Shown here: positions 9,474 through 19,057 of the stretch, in pieces
How the letters are laid out: each line of letters starts with the position of its first letter
Position numbering within the stretch: the stretch's first letter is position 1
From: Fastidiosibacter lacustris
Lineage (GTDB): Bacteria > Pseudomonadota > Gammaproteobacteria > Francisellales > Francisellaceae
Length of the DNA: 32,000 bases
Direction of reading: 5' to 3'
Assembly: GCF_003428155.1 (NCBI RefSeq)
Contig: NZ_QLIR01000017.1
Span: 1-32,000, forward strand
The notes under the pieces: model-generated
Databases searched by the model: none
Seen by the model: the letters and a program-made list of their open reading frames with translations, nothing else
What the model was told of the DNA's origin: nothing
Position numbers and translations under genes: made by a program

Positions 9474-10605
9474 GAATTAACTCCCATTTTTCAGCGAACT
9501 TCTTATAGCGTGAAGCTAACTCCCAAGCATGTACCTCAATATTTTTAGTATCAATGTTCTTGCAATAATAACCCAAAACAGAGTGCACAATCTCGACAGA
9601 GGCATCCATGAGAATGACTCTCCCATCCTCCGTAATTTCTTGAATACCATCAAATTGCTGACCAAGTTTATTGATTTGTATGGCTTGCTCTAGAGTAACA
9701 TCTTCTGGGAGGTCAAATTGATATTGTCCAGCTTTTATTTGCAATGGATAGCCTCCAATTAACCCCATAGGTCCTGGCGCATGAACTGAAGTAAATTCCT
9801 TATTAGTAAAGGCCTGTATTAACCTGGCTGCTGAAGAAGCAGTAATCCACATTCCATCTTTTCCACGTGGGCGAGTAAGCTCTGTTTTCACTAAATTAAA
9901 AATATCATCATGAGAGATCCCAACTAAAAGATCCTCTCCATTTCTATCTCTTGCTTCCAGTATGTATGGGGCTTTAGATTGTCCTTGTGATGGAATAGCA
10001 TTGCTGACTGCATGGTGGCAAACCATCTTTACGTGCACTTCATGTACATTGATCTCATGTTTTAATGCAATAGCAGATTGTATGGCAGGAACTATATTGG
10101 CAACATTACCTATTCCAATATCAGGGGAGAGTCCAAGTGTTTTTAAAGCCGGATTTATAGCATCTGGAAATGCTGAGTTAATCACAATACCTTTGATTCC
10201 ACTTTGTTTATATGCCTTCATTAACTTATAAACAGGCGCAAGATGCATAGGAATCCACGGTCCAATACCAGCTAAAGAAAGCGCTTTGTAAATTGGCTCT
10301 GGGAGACTTGAAATTACCCAATAAGACTGCATAGTTGCTGTATTAAAGATTATATCAGGGTTGAGTTCTTTTAGCGTGCACGATGTTTCTTCAACATTGT
10401 CTAGATCAATATTTACATGACGTATAGTTATATGATTATTCAGATTAAGTGAAGACAATGAGGCAAGATTTACCAGTTGCTTTCCTCTAAGACTATTTCT
10501 AGTTCCAATGATAATTTCAACTTGCTTAGGCTCTAGCAACGTCCAACTTAACATTTTTGTTACCATAGACGCCAAAACACCATTCCCTATAATTAACAAT
10601 TTCAT
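9466..10605 (-). CDS. NAD(P)-binding oxidoreductase, saccharopine dehydrogenase-like
   Basis: N-terminal Rossmann motif MKLLIIGNGVLASMVTKML; overall layout like saccharopine dehydrogenase-family proteins. ATG at 10605 preferred over 10656 because GGAGGGAAGG immediately precedes it. Confidence 0.68.
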   Translation of the reverse strand: MKLLIIGNGVLASMVTKMLSWTLLEPKQVEIIIGTRNSLRGKQLVNLASLSSLNLNNHITIRHVNIDLDNVEETSCTLKELNPDIIFNTATMQSYWVISSLPEPIYKALSLAGIGPWIPMHLAPVYKLMKAYKQSGIKGIVINSAFPDAINPALKTLGLSPDIGIGNVANIVPAIQSAIALKHEINVHEVHVKMVCHHAVSNAIPSQGQSKAPYILEARDRNGEDLLVGISHDDIFNLVKTELTRPRGKDGMWITASSAARLIQAFTNKEFTSVHAPGPMGLIGGYPLQIKAGQYQFDLPEDVTLEQAIQINKLGQQFDGIQEITEDGRVILMDASVEIVHSVLGYYCKNIDTKNIEVHAWELASRYKKFAEKWELIHA

Positions 10606-10656
10606 TTCCTTCCCTCCTACAGGTATTCCTTCTTGATTAATACTATTAAAGTCCAT

Positions 10657-10684
10657 AATATAGTCATCCTACAAAACGAAACAA
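10657..10684 (-). promoter_or_regulatory. Candidate sigma70-type promoter for the dehydrogenase / PLP / ATP-grasp / MFS operon
   Basis: Minus strand TTGTTT (10684-10679), 16-nt spacer, TATATT (10662-10657), about 50 nt upstream of the preferred ATG at 10605. Confidence 0.4.
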
Positions 10685-10730
10685 TACCACAAAAAATAAG
10701 ATTATCAAAAATAAATCTCAAACTGTAAAA

Positions 10731-11420
10731 CTAAAGAAATTCTATTGCATTTTTCATCTGCCAGATTTTGATTTCCCAACCATTCTTGAGTGCAAGTTTT
10801 TTAAGCTTAGGATCTGGATTAATGCAAATAGCTTGATCAACAATTTCTAGTAATGGTGCATCGTTAATTGAGTCAGAATAAAATATGCTGTTTTTAAATA
10901 GTTTTTGTTGTTGAGCAAGCCATTGCTGATAATGATAAACTTTCCCTTCAGCAAAGCTCAGAGGCTCAAGCACTTCTCCTGTGATTACCCCATTTTCCTT
11001 GATGCTTTGTACACCAATAATATTATCTTCTTCAAACCCAAGCAATAAACCAATTGGACGAACAATGTCAATTATACTGGCTGAAATAAGTAGAATTTTA
11101 CCACCTTGAGCTATACTCTTTTGGATGGTATGATATGCCTCAGGATAAGTACATTCATTGACAATATATTCGGCAAAATTATTAAATATTTTTTGCAAGT
11201 CATCACTGCTATAGCCAATCAGCGGTTGCAATATAAAACGAGAAAAGCCAAGCATATCAACTTGACCTTCAAGATAAGCGCGGGCATAGGCATTTTTAGT
11301 TGCCATATAAGCTTTTGGGTTATTCACAAAGTTTTGTTGACAGAGATATTTTGTCCACTCATTAGAGCAGTCAACAGAAATAAGAGTATGGTCAAGATCA
11401 AAAAGAGTGATGTTAGGCAT
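10731..11420 (-). CDS. HAD-IB family phosphatase (SerB-like)
   Basis: LFDLDHTLISVDCSNEW (HAD motif I), LLISASIIDIVRPI (motif II), FYSDSINDAPLLEIVDQAICINPDPKLKKLA (motifs III/IV). Confidence 0.88.
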   Translation of the reverse strand: MPNITLFDLDHTLISVDCSNEWTKYLCQQNFVNNPKAYMATKNAYARAYLEGQVDMLGFSRFILQPLIGYSSDDLQKIFNNFAEYIVNECTYPEAYHTIQKSIAQGGKILLISASIIDIVRPIGLLLGFEEDNIIGVQSIKENGVITGEVLEPLSFAEGKVYHYQQWLAQQQKLFKNSIFYSDSINDAPLLEIVDQAICINPDPKLKKLALKNGWEIKIWQMKNAIEFL

Positions 11421-11474
11421 TATAATAAATTCTTACATATTTATGTTGCTTTAGTTTACATGACACTTCCCACA

Positions 11475-11490
11475 TTGCACTAGAGTGCAA
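11475..11490. repeat. Perfect 7+2+7 inverted repeat TTGCACT-AG-AGTGCAA in the divergent HAD/recN intergenic region
   Basis: Direct reading; arms are exact reverse complements. Confidence 0.7.
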
Positions 11491-11632
11491 TGCAACTTGC
11501 AGCACAGTTTTTATCATACCTCTTATAATAATTTAGAATTATCAAACCCACACCCCTCAATGATATTTTAAAAGATTTTTGCCTTAAGATATGTTAAATT
11601 TTTGGTACACTGTGTTTGATACGAAAGAGCCT

Positions 11633-13294
11633 ATGCTAAGTTTTTTGAGTATTAAAAATTTTGCCATCATCAAAAGCACTGAAATCCATTTTAAACAAGG
11701 CATGACCACTATTACCGGAGAAACTGGTGCTGGAAAGTCAATCTTGTTAGATGCACTTAATATTGTGCTAGGTGCAAGAGTTGACAAATCGAATTATCCT
11801 CAGAGTGAACCTTGTGAAATCTCCGCTATTTTTATTATTAAAGATATTCCTGAAGCAATACGTTTTCTAGAAGAATTGGAACTCAATGAAGGCAGTGAAT
11901 GTATTTTACGGCGCATTATCCATCATGATGGTAAAAACCGTGCTTTTATTAATGGTGCTCCAGTCACGTTAAACCAACTCAAAACATTAAGCCCGTACCT
12001 TATTAGTATTTATGGTCAAAATGCGCATCACAGTTTACTTGAATCAGCTAATCAACTCTTACGTTTAGACACTTATGCAGGTCTTATCAATGAAATTGAG
12101 TCACTTTCACAAACTTATAAAACTCTAACTGAGCTTACTCATGCTATCACTGACGAAGAAGAGAAAATTGCTAAGGAAAAAATAGCTTTGGTCTTGATGC
12201 AGTATCAATATGATGAACTTAAACAACTTGAATTGAAAGAAGATGAACTTCAGCAATTAGATAGTGATCACAAGCAACTAGCTAATGCTAAAGGACAAAT
12301 TCAAGCTATTGCGCAGATAAGCGATATTGTAAATGACAGTGAACAAAGTTTATTAAGTATGATAGATCACCTATTAAATAGCCTATATTCTTATAGTGAA
12401 CAGCCACAGTTCAAAAACATATTAGAACTACTTACACAAGCTAAAGTCTATCTCCAAGAATGTGATCAAGAAGCAAAATCAATTCTTAATCAGTTGGAAG
12501 TCAATCCTGAGAAGCTCTATGAGGTTGAGCAAAGACTCGATCATATTTATAAGCTTGCTCGTAAACATAAAGTCGAACCGAAATTATTATATCAACATAT
12601 CGCAGAACTTGAACAAAGCTTATCCCTTCACGATCAAAGTGAACAAAAGCTAAAAGAATTAATCGCACAAAAAGATGTGCTGCAACAAAGTTATCTTAAC
12701 CTGGCCAAAGACCTAAGTAACAAGCGTCAAATAGCAGCTAAAGCATTTGCTAAAGAGATTGAAACACATATTCATAAGCTTAATATTCCTAAAGGCGAAT
12801 TTTATGTCAAACTCACACCAAGCAAAACACAGCAGGCGACAGGGATAGACCACTGCGAATTTTTGATTAACTTTAACACAGGACAACAAGCTGCTGTAAT
12901 TGACAAAGTCGCTTCAGGTGGAGAATTAAGTCGTATTGGTTTAGCTATTCACGTCGTTTCTTCTAAAAAAATAGCACCTCCTACTATTATTTTTGATGAA
13001 GTAGATGTAGGAATTAGTGGTGGCACTGCTGAGATCGTTGGCAAACTATTAAAACAGGTTTCACAAAATGCCCAAATTCTCTGTATCACTCATCAAGCAC
13101 AGGTGTCCATTCAAGGCGATCAACAACTTCATATTGTTAAAAAACACCTCAAAGATCATACGGTTTCTGAAATCATTGAGCTTGATAAAAATCAGCGAAT
13201 TCACGAAACTGCTCGCATCATTGGTGGTGTTGAGATGACCGATAAAACCTTACAGCATGCAAAAGAGATGTACGAACTTTATCATTTGCAATAA
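11633..13294 (+). CDS. recN: DNA repair protein RecN
   Basis: MLSFLSIKNFAIIKSTEIHFKQGMTTITGETGAGKSILLDAL; C-terminal VASGGELSRIGLAIHVV and IIFDEVDVGISGGTAEIVGKLL. ORF opens at 11591, internal ATG at 11633 matches family start. Confidence 0.95.
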   Translation: MLSFLSIKNFAIIKSTEIHFKQGMTTITGETGAGKSILLDALNIVLGARVDKSNYPQSEPCEISAIFIIKDIPEAIRFLEELELNEGSECILRRIIHHDGKNRAFINGAPVTLNQLKTLSPYLISIYGQNAHHSLLESANQLLRLDTYAGLINEIESLSQTYKTLTELTHAITDEEEKIAKEKIALVLMQYQYDELKQLELKEDELQQLDSDHKQLANAKGQIQAIAQISDIVNDSEQSLLSMIDHLLNSLYSYSEQPQFKNILELLTQAKVYLQECDQEAKSILNQLEVNPEKLYEVEQRLDHIYKLARKHKVEPKLLYQHIAELEQSLSLHDQSEQKLKELIAQKDVLQQSYLNLAKDLSNKRQIAAKAFAKEIETHIHKLNIPKGEFYVKLTPSKTQQATGIDHCEFLINFNTGQQAAVIDKVASGGELSRIGLAIHVVSSKKIAPPTIIFDEVDVGISGGTAEIVGKLLKQVSQNAQILCITHQAQVSIQGDQQLHIVKKHLKDHTVSEIIELDKNQRIHETARIIGGVEMTDKTLQHAKEMYELYHLQ

Positions 13295-13401
13295 CCATAA
13301 CAAAAACCAAAGTGCATAATTCAAAGTGATAAAATCTGTAAAATGGTTTGTGATAGGTATATAATAATGCCACTTCACTCAAAGTATAAAAAAATTTCTA
13401 A

Positions 13402-14208
13402 ATGTTGATTTATCCACAAATTGACCCCGTTGCATTTTCACTTGGTCCAATTAAAGTACACTGGTATGGCATTATGTATCTTGTGGGCTTTGCTGGGGCG
13501 TGGGCTCTTTCACTTATCCGTTGCAAAAAACCATATAGTCCGATTAATAAAGACCAAGTTTCTGATATGATTTTTTATGCAGCTTTGGGCGTTATCGTAG
13601 GCGGACGCCTTGGCTATATGGTTTTTTATGATTTATCTAATTTCATCAGTGCACCTTGGGTTATTTTTAAAGTCTGGGATGGTGGCATGGCATTTCATGG
13701 TGGTTTAATCGGAGTGATTCTTGCAATCTCCTTATTTTGCCGCAAACATAAATGTAATGTTTTTGATATTCTTGATTTTATTGCTCCTATGGTGCCGATT
13801 GGACTAGGTGCTGGACGATTGGGTAATTTTATAAATGGTGAGCTTTGGGGGCGTGTAACAGATTCCCCGATTGGAATGATTTTTCCAAATGGCGGTCCTT
13901 TGCCACGTTATCCTTCCCAGTTATTGGAGTTTGCATTAGAAGGAGTGGTATTGTTTGTTATTTTATGGTTTTTATCACGTAAGAGACGACCTCGTTTGTT
14001 TATCTCAGCAAATTTCTTGGTATGGTATGGACTCTTTAGATTCATTGCTGAGTTTTTCCGTCAACCTGATTCACAAATGGGTTATATGCTATTTGACTGG
14101 ATGACGATGGGACAATTATTATCTTCACCTATGATTATTTCTGGGCTTTTAATCTTACTATATCTTTCGATGCAAAATAAGAAATCTACTCAAATCCATA
14201 AGGAGTGA
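13402..14208 (+). CDS. lgt: Phosphatidylglycerol--prolipoprotein diacylglyceryl transferase
   Basis: Membrane protein with [15 protein letters not shown] and [32 protein letters not shown]. Confidence 0.95.
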   Translation: MLIYPQIDPVAFSLGPIKVHWYGIMYLVGFAGAWALSLIRCKKPYSPINKDQVSDMIFYAALGVIVGGRLGYMVFYDLSNFISAPWVIFKVWDGGMAFHGGLIGVILAISLFCRKHKCNVFDILDFIAPMVPIGLGAGRLGNFINGELWGRVTDSPIGMIFPNGGPLPRYPSQLLEFALEGVVLFVILWFLSRKRRPRLFISANFLVWYGLFRFIAEFFRQPDSQMGYMLFDWMTMGQLLSSPMIISGLLILLYLSMQNKKSTQIHKE

Positions 14209-14210
14209 CG

Positions 14211-15044
14211 ATGCAACAATACCTTGACTTTCTACGTTATATAAATAGCCATGGCATAGTTAAAACAGATCGCACAGGCACAGGTACTAAAAGCATTTTT
14301 GGCTATCAGATGCGCTTTGATTTAACAAAAGGTTTTCCGCTTGTCACCACCAAAAAAGTCCATTTTAAAAGTGTAGTTTATGAGCTTTTATGGTTTTTAA
14401 AAGGCGATACCAACAACAATTACCTTCTTGAGCACGGCGTACGCATTTGGAATGAGTGGGCGCTGGAAACCGGAGACCTTGGTCCTATTTATGGCAAACA
14501 ATGGCGTAGCTGGCAAACGCCTACAGGAGAGACAATAGATCAAATTCAACAAGCCATTGATCTAATCAAATTTCGTCCAGACTCAAGGCGTATTATTGTA
14601 AATAGTTGGAATCCTGCGGTTTTACCAGACGAATCCCTCTCGCCTCAACAAAACGTTAAAAAGGGAAAAGCAGCATTGCCACCTTGTCACACTTTGTTTC
14701 AATTTTATGTCGCAAATAATAAACTTTCGTGTATGCTCACTCAACGCTCGGCTGATGCGTTTTTAGGTGTGCCATTTAATATTGCTTCATATGCCTTATT
14801 AACATATATGGTTGCACAACAATGTAATTTAGAAATTGGCGAGTTTATCTGGTCGGGTGGTGATTGCCATATTTACAGTAATCATCATGAACAAATACAA
14901 GAACAACTTTCACGTAACCCTTTTCGATTACCAACGCTTTCTATCAATCGTAAACCTGAGTCTATTTTTAGCTATGAGTTTAATGATTTTGAGGTCGTAA
15001 ACTATCAATTCCATCCCACAATAAAAGCTCAGGTTGCCGTATAA
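14211..15044 (+). CDS. thyA: Thymidylate synthase
   Basis: [30 protein letters not shown] (catalytic Cys), [23 protein letters not shown] 14211 preceded by AAGGAG; ORF track begins at a GTG at 14205. Confidence 0.96.
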   Translation: MQQYLDFLRYINSHGIVKTDRTGTGTKSIFGYQMRFDLTKGFPLVTTKKVHFKSVVYELLWFLKGDTNNNYLLEHGVRIWNEWALETGDLGPIYGKQWRSWQTPTGETIDQIQQAIDLIKFRPDSRRIIVNSWNPAVLPDESLSPQQNVKKGKAALPPCHTLFQFYVANNKLSCMLTQRSADAFLGVPFNIASYALLTYMVAQQCNLEIGEFIWSGGDCHIYSNHHEQIQEQLSRNPFRLPTLSINRKPESIFSYEFNDFEVVNYQFHPTIKAQVAV

Positions 15045-16285
15045 TGACACAACAAATGACCTCTTTAAATAAAGCTGCTATTAAAGTTCTTCTACTTGAA
15101 GGCATCCATGAACAAGCGCAAAACGCTTTTATTCAAGCAGGTTACAACAACGTACAAACGCTCCCACATGCACTAGATGACGATGCACTCATTATCGCTT
15201 TACAAGATATTAAAGTTGTGGGAATACGATCACGTACACAATTAAGCGAAAAAGTACTTAAAGCATGCTCTCACCTGATCGCTATTGGTTGTTTTTGTAT
15301 TGGCACTAACCAAGTAGATTTAGATGCTGCACAAATTTTAGGCATTCCAGTTTTCAATGCTCCTTTCTCAAATACACGTAGTGTCGCTGAGCTTGTAATC
15401 GGTCAAATGATTTTACTTTATCGTAACGCTATAGATAAAAACATCCAAATGCACCGTCAAAATTGGCTAAAATCAACAGCTGGTGCACATGAGGTGCGTG
15501 GGAAAACACTTGGTATTATCGGTTATGGGCACATCGGATCTCAAGTAAGCGTACTCGCTGAAAATTTGGGATTGAATATCCTTTTTTATGATATTGAAAA
15601 CAAGCTCCCATTAGGCAATGCCAAAGCATGTGCTAGCATTTTTGACTTATTAAAACAATCTGATATCGTCACACTTCATGTGCCTGATACACCTAGCACA
15701 CAAAACATGATTGGTCAAAAAGAGCTAAGCTTGATGAAGGAAGGAAGTGTTCTTATTAATGCTTCACGTGGTAACGTTGTGGATATTAAAGCACTTTCTG
15801 ATGCACTTAAGTCAGCACATTTAAAAGGTGCTGGAATCGATGTTTTTCCTAAAGAGCCTTCTAAGAATGGAGAATTATTTGAAAGTGAACTTATTGGGTT
15901 AAATAACGTATTTTTAACACCTCATATTGGAGGTAGCACACTGGAAGCCCAACAAAACATAGGTCTTGAAGTTGCTGATAAGCTTATTAAATATAGTGAC
16001 AACGGCTCAACTATTTCAGCAGTGAATTTCCCTGAGCTTTCTTTACCCACACAAGCAAACGTCCATAGAATCTTGCATATCCATGAGAATAAACCAGGCA
16101 CGATGCGTGCAATCAACCGTGTTTTTTCTGACCATAACATTAACGTTGAAGGACAATTTTTAAGAACACTTAATAATATTGGTTATGTGGTTATAGATAT
16201 TAATAGTATTGAGGATACTTCACGTGTACTCGTGCAACAATTAAAAGCGATTGACGGTACTATTCGCTCACGTGTCTTATTTTAA
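15044..16285 (+). CDS. serA: D-3-phosphoglycerate dehydrogenase
   Basis: CFCIGTNQVDLDAAQILGIPVFNAPFSNTRSVAELVIGQMILL, LGIIGYGHIGSQVSVLAE, LTPHIGGSTLEAQQNIGLEVA, C-terminal ACT domain HIHENKPGTMRAINRVF. Confidence 0.96.
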   Translation: MTQQMTSLNKAAIKVLLLEGIHEQAQNAFIQAGYNNVQTLPHALDDDALIIALQDIKVVGIRSRTQLSEKVLKACSHLIAIGCFCIGTNQVDLDAAQILGIPVFNAPFSNTRSVAELVIGQMILLYRNAIDKNIQMHRQNWLKSTAGAHEVRGKTLGIIGYGHIGSQVSVLAENLGLNILFYDIENKLPLGNAKACASIFDLLKQSDIVTLHVPDTPSTQNMIGQKELSLMKEGSVLINASRGNVVDIKALSDALKSAHLKGAGIDVFPKEPSKNGELFESELIGLNNVFLTPHIGGSTLEAQQNIGLEVADKLIKYSDNGSTISAVNFPELSLPTQANVHRILHIHENKPGTMRAINRVFSDHNINVEGQFLRTLNNIGYVVIDINSIEDTSRVLVQQLKAIDGTIRSRVLF

Positions 16286-16288
16286 AAC

Positions 16289-17524
16289 ATGAATACCGCA
16301 CTTACTAATATTCGAACTTACATTATTCAATATGATAGCCAACACCTATATGTTGCTTATAGTGGTGGGATAGATTCTAGTGCACTTTTATACCTATGCT
16401 CACAATTAGCGTCAGAAGTTTCTGTACATGCCATTCATATCCATCATGGCTTAAGCCCTAATGCTGATAATTGGTTTATACATTGCCAAAATCAAGCTTA
16501 TGCTTTAAATATTGATTTCATCAGTCACAAACTTACTCCTCCTAATAATAAAAGCAATATCGAAAGCTGGGCTCGTAATAAGCGTTATACTTTCTTTCAA
16601 GAAGTTTTATCTCTTAACCCTAATAGCTTGCTTGTCACTGGTCACCATATTGAAGATCAAGCCGAAACATTTTTACTAAATGCACTTCGTGGTAGTGGTG
16701 TTAAAGGTTTAGCATCGATTGCACCACAACAAGCTTTTGCTAATGGACATTTAATTCGTCCTTTTTTACATTTGACTAAGCATGTTCTACATAAATTCTG
16801 TATAAAGCATGGTCTAAAATGGATTAATGATGAAAGCAATGACAATATAAATTTAAGACGAAATGCCATTCGTCATATAATTATGCCTAAGCTTTGTAAC
16901 ATTACAGAAAGTGCAACGATAACGTTGACTAGGAGTGCAAAGCTTTGTGCTGAGGCACATCAATTAATACAAAGTTTCTTATATCCTCTTTTAGATACTG
17001 TGCGTGTTGATAAAAATCATATTAACCTTAATCATCTGCACACTTACCCTATATTACAACAAAAGCATATGGTTAAACTCTGGCTTGATGAATTAAATTG
17101 CCACGTTTCATTTGAACAACTTGAGCAAGTTTGCCTTGGAATCAGCAAAGCCTGTAGTAATTGGCACTTTGAACTCAGTGATCATATGCTTCACATTGAA
17201 AATAAGCGATTGTTTATTACAGCTAAGATGAATGATATCAACCTCAATCACAAGTCAAGTAGAGATGAAATATTTAGCTGGCTTAAACTCCAAAACCCAA
17301 GTTTTAATATGCCAAAAGAAGTACTCCTTATACGTAATCGCGAACCTCATGATCGCTGCCAACCGATAGGGCGCAATCACAGTCAAAAATTAAAAATTAT
17401 TTTTCAAGAAAAAGGAATTAGTGCTGTTAAACGTAAACAGGCTTTAATCATTTGCCTTAAGCATGATCCAAATAACATTATTGCAGTTTATCCTTTTTTT
17501 GTTTGTCGTTCTGGGCAAACGTAA
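16289..17524 (+). CDS. tilS: tRNA(Ile)-lysidine synthase
   Basis: N-terminal PP-loop LYVAYSGGIDSSALLYL, HIHHGLSPNADNW, GHHIEDQAETFLLNALRGSGVKGL. Confidence 0.92.
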   Translation: MNTALTNIRTYIIQYDSQHLYVAYSGGIDSSALLYLCSQLASEVSVHAIHIHHGLSPNADNWFIHCQNQAYALNIDFISHKLTPPNNKSNIESWARNKRYTFFQEVLSLNPNSLLVTGHHIEDQAETFLLNALRGSGVKGLASIAPQQAFANGHLIRPFLHLTKHVLHKFCIKHGLKWINDESNDNINLRRNAIRHIIMPKLCNITESATITLTRSAKLCAEAHQLIQSFLYPLLDTVRVDKNHINLNHLHTYPILQQKHMVKLWLDELNCHVSFEQLEQVCLGISKACSNWHFELSDHMLHIENKRLFITAKMNDINLNHKSSRDEIFSWLKLQNPSFNMPKEVLLIRNREPHDRCQPIGRNHSQKLKIIFQEKGISAVKRKQALIICLKHDPNNIIAVYPFFVCRSGQT

Positions 17525-18545
17525 TTAACTTCTCTGCACTATCCCCTCTGAGTTGCAAAGACATGCAACGCACACTTCCTCCCATTTTACAAATTTCATA
17601 AGAGTCAACTGGAATAACTTTTTTGGTTGTAATCGCAAGTATTTGCTTTAAAGCAATTTTATCCTCAGGAATTCCAAACTGTGGAAAGTAGATATGCTGT
17701 TTAGTTACTAACATATTCGTATACAAACCACAAGCTGAACCAAAGTGCTTATCATAGATATTTGAGTAATTATAAGCCGTGATTATCTCATAGAGCTTAA
17801 CATTTGGCAAAGACTGCTTTAGAGCTTGCTTTAATTGTTCTGCATAAGCCTGATCTTGTGGGTAACTATTGATCACTAAGGTATTTTCATCAATAAAACT
17901 AACAATACCATCAGCATGTTCTAAACCCCCTTGTTCATCTGCTTCAATAAATGCAATATTTTTAGCATCTGTTAATACTCTTAATTTATCTTTTGCTTCT
18001 TGTGCTGAAAGTTTATTATCACGTAAAAATTTATCACTTAACACTACATTACCTGCGTAATCATCGACAAAATTACCCCCATCATTAATTAAATCTGTCT
18101 TTTTAAAAGCAACGCCTATAGACTCAACCAACCGATAAAAGCCTGCTTGTACCGAATCTGCTAACTTTTGACCTAATTTCCCACCCCCTTGTCCTGCTGC
18201 GCTATAACGAAACATAACAGGTTGAATAGGGTTAGTAAGTGTAAAATCTCTCATCCATATATCTTGCATAGGATAATTTAACACATGATTTTTACCTAAT
18301 GTATCTATATAAACCTGATAAAGTCTATCTGAACTCAAAATTAATACCTGATCACCATTGGCAATAATCTTCTGCGCATAGTTAATCTGAAACTCAATGA
18401 TGTCTTTTTCAACTTTTCTATAATAATCATCATACTCAGGTGGTGATGCAAGCACAATTAGTTCAGCATTAGCAGCATTCATTAACATAATAGAACTCCC
18501 TATAAATAGTATAACTCTCACCACCCAGAATACAGATCTTCTCAC
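17478..18545 (-). CDS. Exported agmatine deiminase / peptidyl-arginine deiminase-like protein
   Basis: N-terminal hydrophobic signal-like segment (VVRVILFIGSSIMLMNAANA), MQDIWMRDFTLTN, LINDGGNFVDD, LEHADGIVSF, GGSVRCMSLQL (probable nucleophilic Cys). Start appears to be GTG at 18545. Confidence 0.72.
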   Translation of the reverse strand: MRRSVFWVVRVILFIGSSIMLMNAANAELIVLASPPEYDDYYRKVEKDIIEFQINYAQKIIANGDQVLILSSDRLYQVYIDTLGKNHVLNYPMQDIWMRDFTLTNPIQPVMFRYSAAGQGGGKLGQKLADSVQAGFYRLVESIGVAFKKTDLINDGGNFVDDYAGNVVLSDKFLRDNKLSAQEAKDKLRVLTDAKNIAFIEADEQGGLEHADGIVSFIDENTLVINSYPQDQAYAEQLKQALKQSLPNVKLYEIITAYNYSNIYDKHFGSACGLYTNMLVTKQHIYFPQFGIPEDKIALKQILAITTKKVIPVDSYEICKMGGSVRCMSLQLRGDSAEKLITFAQNDKQKKDKLQ

Positions 18546-18633
18546 TTTAAAATTTTCACCTTTTATCTAGGTTCTGTGAACCAAAAAAACTACATAAGTA
18601 TTTTACATTCCAAATGCCTTGTGTTAAAGACAA

Positions 18634-18774
18634 ATGAGCAGAGTCTTGCGCATAAATGTTATAGTTTGCTGCCTCAAAAAGGAGATGATAATAGAATTTA
18701 TGACGCCATCAAATATTATTAAGAATTACGACAGCTATCAGGTGGATGGAGGTAATTTAAATGCATCACTATAG
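18634..18774 (+). CDS. Candidate 46-aa small ORF overlapping the start of the 98-aa ORF
   Basis: Reads MSRVLRINVIVCCLKKEMIIEFMTPSNIIKNYDSYQVDGGNLNASL*; in-frame internal ATGs at 18685 and 18700; 14-nt overlap with the next ORF. Coding status uncertain. Confidence 0.25.
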   Translation: MSRVLRINVIVCCLKKEMIIEFMTPSNIIKNYDSYQVDGGNLNASL

Positions 18775-19057
18775 TGAAAGTGAGGTTATAAATTACTTCA
18801 ATCAACTTTCATATGCTAAAAAACAGAAATTCTTGCAAGTAGCAGAGAACGTCTATATCCAAAAAGAGCTAAATTATATTAGCTTCTTATGCCAGATAGC
18901 CAATATAACCGCAGAGAAACGAGATATTAATCTTATTCTAAAACTAGCAGCTAATCATTTTTTAAAGGTTGTTGACAGTGAATCAACAACAATAATCTCA
19001 TACGTTATGCCAGACAACATGCATTATTTTGCTAAATACTTACACAAGGGTAGATGA
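18761..19057 (+). CDS. Small uncharacterised protein (98 aa) coupled to an MFS gene
   Basis: ATG preceded by GGAGG (18748-18752) with an 8-nt gap; stop codon directly abuts the MFS ATG at 19058. Confidence 0.65.
   Translation: MHHYSESEVINYFNQLSYAKKQKFLQVAENVYIQKELNYISFLCQIANITAEKRDINLILKLAANHFLKVVDSESTTIISYVMPDNMHYFAKYLHKGR

Noticed and set aside
9962-10231. 89-aa plus-strand ORF inside the dehydrogenase gene
   Set aside because: Fully antisense to the well-supported operon gene; Cys-rich content is explained by the opposite-strand codons.
18570-18582. GGTTCTGTGAACC short palindrome upstream of the deiminase gene
   Set aside because: Only 5-bp arms; expected by chance at this scale and no supporting context.
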